Virus record (IMG/VR): IMGVR_UViG_3300027877_000013
Coordinates: 1 to 33,869 of that record
DNA from: a virus
Lineage: Duplodnaviria; Caudoviricetes
Direction: 5' to 3' (one strand)
Length of the DNA stretch: 33,869 nucleotides
Shown here: piece by piece, positions 33,691 through 33,869 of the stretch
Position numbering within the stretch: the stretch's first letter is position 1
How the letters are laid out: the number at the start of each line of letters is the position of its first letter
Program-made: the position numbers and the translations under genes
The notes under the pieces: generated by a model
Told to the model about the DNA's origin: nothing
What the model saw: the letters and a program-made list of their open reading frames with translations, nothing else
Databases searched by the model: none

Positions 33691-33861
33691 TTACCGGGTC
33701 ATGAAACCTGAGTGAACCAGGGTGATGGTGGCGCCGTCAACCCTGATGGTCTCGGCGGTCACCTTGTTGAGGTGAATGCTGGTCTCGGAAGCGCAGACGG
33801 CAAACGCTGCTACGGGGGACATCGACATCAGAACGATCGCAAGAGCCTTGAAGATCTGCAT
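33691..33861 (-). CDS. small exported protein with signal peptide (may start across the window junction)
   Basis: MQIFKALAIVLMSMSPVAAFA-VC... with AxA site; frame stays open to 33869 and joins the ATG at 7-5. Confidence 0.65.
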   Translation of the reverse strand: MQIFKALAIVLMSMSPVAAFAVCASETSIHLNKVTAETIRVDGATITLVHSGFMTR

Positions 33862-33869
33862 TATATTCT

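Noticed and set aside
1-33869. Alternative genetic code or tRNA genes
   Set aside because: Genes are full-length in the standard code using all three stops; no cloverleaf recognised by eye (tRNAscan-SE not run).

Overview
The window looks like a near-complete or complete, circularly permuted ~33.9 kb genome of a contractile-tailed (myovirus-type) dsDNA phage. Minus-strand early arm (1-5039, continuing at 31927-33869): small unknown genes, an endonuclease VII-like nuclease, a double winged-HTH putative replication initiator and several exported/lipoprotein genes, mostly with their own sigma70-type promoters, several leaderless. A ~1 kb repeat-rich non-coding region (5040-6062) probably holds the origin. 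Plus-strand arm: GIY-YIG nuclease, a phage sigma factor, TerS/TerL, portal, MuF-like protein, one ORF fusing maturation protease, scaffold and major capsid protein, HNH nuclease, neck, sheath, tube, chaperones, tape measure, baseplate, fibres, holin candidate and GH19 endolysin. Most striking by-eye signals: five exact copies of GACC-N16-CGGTAA ahead of late modules (probable promoter of the phage sigma), the protease-scaffold-capsid fusion with internal RBS-ATG starts, a baseplate wedge protein fused to a 7-repeat Kelch propeller and LamG domain, a structured leader that can pair with the RBS of the putative rep gene, and repeated cassette-like elements in the early arm. All family assignments are from motif recognition and synteny by eye; no database searches were run. 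No integrase, repressor, DNA polymerase, tRNA, rRNA or CRISPR array was recognised.
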